DNA of 61,860 bases, the filler included, from Asterionella formosa (taxonomy: Eukaryota), in assembly GCA_002256025.1 (NCBI GenBank). It is 9 parts of 9 records of this genome, joined end to end, with 100 filler letters (N's around TTAATTAATTAA, not from the genome) between each part and the next. Parts side by side here need not be neighbours in the genome. Positions count along the whole stretch, not along the records: positions 55,099 to 61,860 come from NKIB01012614.1; 8 more parts are not named here. The stretch is one strand, 5' to 3'. Below, in pieces: positions 59,555 to 61,860 of this stretch. How positions within the stretch are numbered: the stretch's first letter is position 1; each line of letters starts with the position of its first letter. The notes under the pieces are model-generated. The model had not been told where the DNA came from and made no database searches. It saw nothing but the letters and a program-made list of their open reading frames with translations. Both the position numbers and the translations under genes were made by a program.

Positions 59555-59985
59555 GAGTAAGCCAGACAATCCCGATGCTTAACCCGGTCGTGCATAAAAC
59601 GAAACAAATGATGACAAGTGCCTACTTTGTCAACGAAAGGGAGAAAATCCACTACATGTGATAGCTGTGATAATGTTAGTTACTCCGATAGCAATACTTG
59701 CTACGGCTAATGGAGTATTTATGTTATTCCATTTGTTTCGGTAAACCGCTACCAGGTGTACCTATCTTCTCTTGTGTTTTATATGTACAAAAGAATCGCA
59801 GCATGAAAGCTAAATAATTACATACTAGAGCCTACGAGGACCAAAATAATCATAGCACGTTACATTGTCTATGACAAGAAAATTATTGGGTGTTTGGTTC
59901 CACCTCGAGAAAATGTATGGGGGTCCAGCAACCATAGGCGGAGCACTAAATATCTTTAGTTTACTGGTGACTTTTCCCAAACAGA

Positions 59986-60102
59986 TACTGGTACCCCTGG
60001 TACCGGTATGTTGTATATCGTGTGTTTTACCTCGCATACTGATAAACGGCTCTGGTACCTTGTACCAGGTACCTGGTACCAGTACCAGGTACCAGGGTAC
60101 CG
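59986..60102. promoter_or_regulatory. GGTACC(A/T) heptamer array in divergent intergenic region; similar arrays upstream of several other genes
   Basis: ctggtacccctggtaccggta...tgtaccaggtacctggtaccagtaccaggtaccagggtacc. Regulatory function is inferred only from position. Confidence 0.4.
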
Positions 60103-60375
60103 AGTAACATACACGATATGAACGAAAATTAACAGCTGCTCTGTACTGCTACATAATGCACACAACGGTAATATTTAAGGTTGGCTCAGATATGGCTTTT
60201 TACGGACAAATATTCGCAATATTCGGACTTTCCCGGAATTCCCTTGTACTCCGAGTACCAAATTACCTGAAGTCGGTGAGCAAACCAACAGACCGCAGTG
60301 TTGCAAAACAAGCGATACGGGTACCGGTAGTCGGCAAACAGACCTTCCTATCGAAGCAACAAACAGACGATCAAC

Positions 60376-61408
60376 ATGATCGACGAACAGGCGGAAGCCG
60401 AAACCTACATCCCGCCGATGGACGAGACACACGATATCGACGTGGCCCAAGTGGTGGAAGATGCGACTAACGGAATAGGAGTGCTCGATGAAAAGAGCGC
60501 CGACGTTGCGGCTGTAGAGGCTGCTGTCGAGGCCGCTGCTGGGGTAAGCGAGTTTGACCGCCCGTCGTTGCTGCTGCATTGAATCTGATCAAACTGATTT
60601 CAATTTCAACTGAACTCACTTGCTGATGTGCGTTGTGTGACTTTCACAGGAAGCGCTTCTTTCCTCAGAAGCCGTCGCTGCTGCCGCCGCTGCGGCCGTG
60701 GCCGCTGTGACTGCGGACGTGGATGCCACCGTTGCGGCCCTGAATGTCGACACAGTCGATGTCAAGGGCGACGACGATTACGATGACCTCGATTCGCCTC
60801 CTCGTCGCAACGCTCGCAAACGCGGTCGCGACGGCAAGAAGGACGAGTTCGACGACGACGACGACGACGATGGCCCTCCCAAGAAGGGGCAGAATCACGA
60901 ATCTCAGCTGGCATCTAGGCGACAGAAGGACCGCCAGCGATACGCGAACATGACCCCCGAGCAGCGCCAAATCTACAACGCCAAGCGCCGTGAGCAGTAC
61001 CATCGGCAGACAGATAATAGCCGAGTCAAGCGTCGTGAACGGGAGCGATCTCGCTATCATTCGCTTAACAACGATGCTGCCAAAGAGCGAAACGCTAGGC
61101 GTGCTCGCTTAGAACGGGAACGTTACCAAAAGCTGACAGGCGACGACTTGGAGAGTAAGAATCGCAGACGCCGTGAGCGTGCTGCTGCTGCTCGCTCAAA
61201 GAAGGAGTTAAGTGCTGCTGCAACTGTGGCTGCCGTTGCAGCTGGCGAGGCTATGCCAATGGACAGCATTCAGATCAAGATCGATGTCAACCAAGCTGTT
61301 CAACAAAATGTTGATGAGGGGGAGAGTCGCTTTCACGATGACGATGGCTTGAATGGTGGTGGTGACCATGACATGGTTCATCCGAAGGATGATGTCATTT
61401 CTGTCTAA
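60376..61408 (+). CDS. Unknown nuclear-type protein: Ala/Asp-rich N-terminus + Arg/Glu-rich basic coiled coil; intron 60544-60649
   Basis: GTAAGC...ACAG intron joins the two ORFs in frame; RKRGR and PPKK NLS-like motifs; repeated (R)xRYxxL/M helical units. Confidence 0.75.
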
Positions 61409-61585
61409 GGAAGGGATTCTGTACACGAAATAAACTCCTACTATCTGGTAGTTGTCCCCTACCATGGAGGAGGCATTGCATTACCTACATACATACATGC
61501 TGTGCTCAAGGGCACTCGAAGTCAGCGCTTGTTTCAGAGAAAAATAAAAGTCTGCAGGTTAATAATATTATAATATATGTAGTAA

Positions 61586-61860
61586 GGGATTGTGGCTTAG
61601 TGGTTTAGCACATTGCCTTTGATCTGAGGTTGTGAGGTTTGTTGTGTGCAAGAAATAGTGGCAGTTAGAGTTTCCCCTAACACTGCAGCCAAGACAATCA
61701 CCTGATGCAAAAGGTGGTTGGGGACTCACCTGTGCTTACAAAACTAGGGAAGCACAGGTCTTTTCAGCAGGTAGTACAACAAAATACTTGCCAAGAAATT
61801 GGGGAGTACAAATGGGCTATAAAACATACTATCTTAATAAAAATAAACATAGTATATCTA
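61586..61860 (+). mobile_element. Possible second, degenerate SINE-like element
   Basis: GGGATTG-TGGCTTAGTGGTTTAGCACA matches the head of the 4294-4516 SINE; B box eroded; A-rich end near the window edge. Confidence 0.4.

Overview
Eukaryotic nuclear DNA, most likely a diatom or related ochrophyte: short GT-AG introns, bipartite signal+ASAF-like plastid presequences, CoDi-type Copia elements and Lys/Gly-rich secreted proteins. The window is not one locus. Eight identical 100-nt linkers (N44-TTAATTAATTAA-N44) join nine pieces of about 6.76-6.80 kb, so neighbourhood across linkers means nothing. Genes: CHRD protein, ABC1/UbiB kinase, ARM-repeat gene with two in-frame stops, SDF2, an NTF2-like/TIP41 fusion, VPS2, a secreted GPI-like protein, MRPL47, a silaffin/cingulin-like PT- and KxxK-rich protein, SET methyltransferase, PFK, class-III aminotransferase, tRNA-Pro(UGG), Lon-N-domain protein, RFT1, DIM1, a phosphate-carrier-like MCF protein with plastid and twin-Arg presequence, a BT1 transporter and a basic coiled-coil protein. 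Mobile DNA: a defective Copia pol with 3' LTR, a Copia gag, LINE and DNA-transposon relics, and a tRNA-Ala-derived SINE with a perfect 21-bp target-site duplication. Best leads: the SINE, the NTF2-like/TIP41 fusion, the putatively thylakoid-directed carrier, the silaffin-like protein, telomere-type repeats inside the Copia linker and GGTACC(A/T) arrays in gene 5' flanks. All calls are by eye; no database searches were run.
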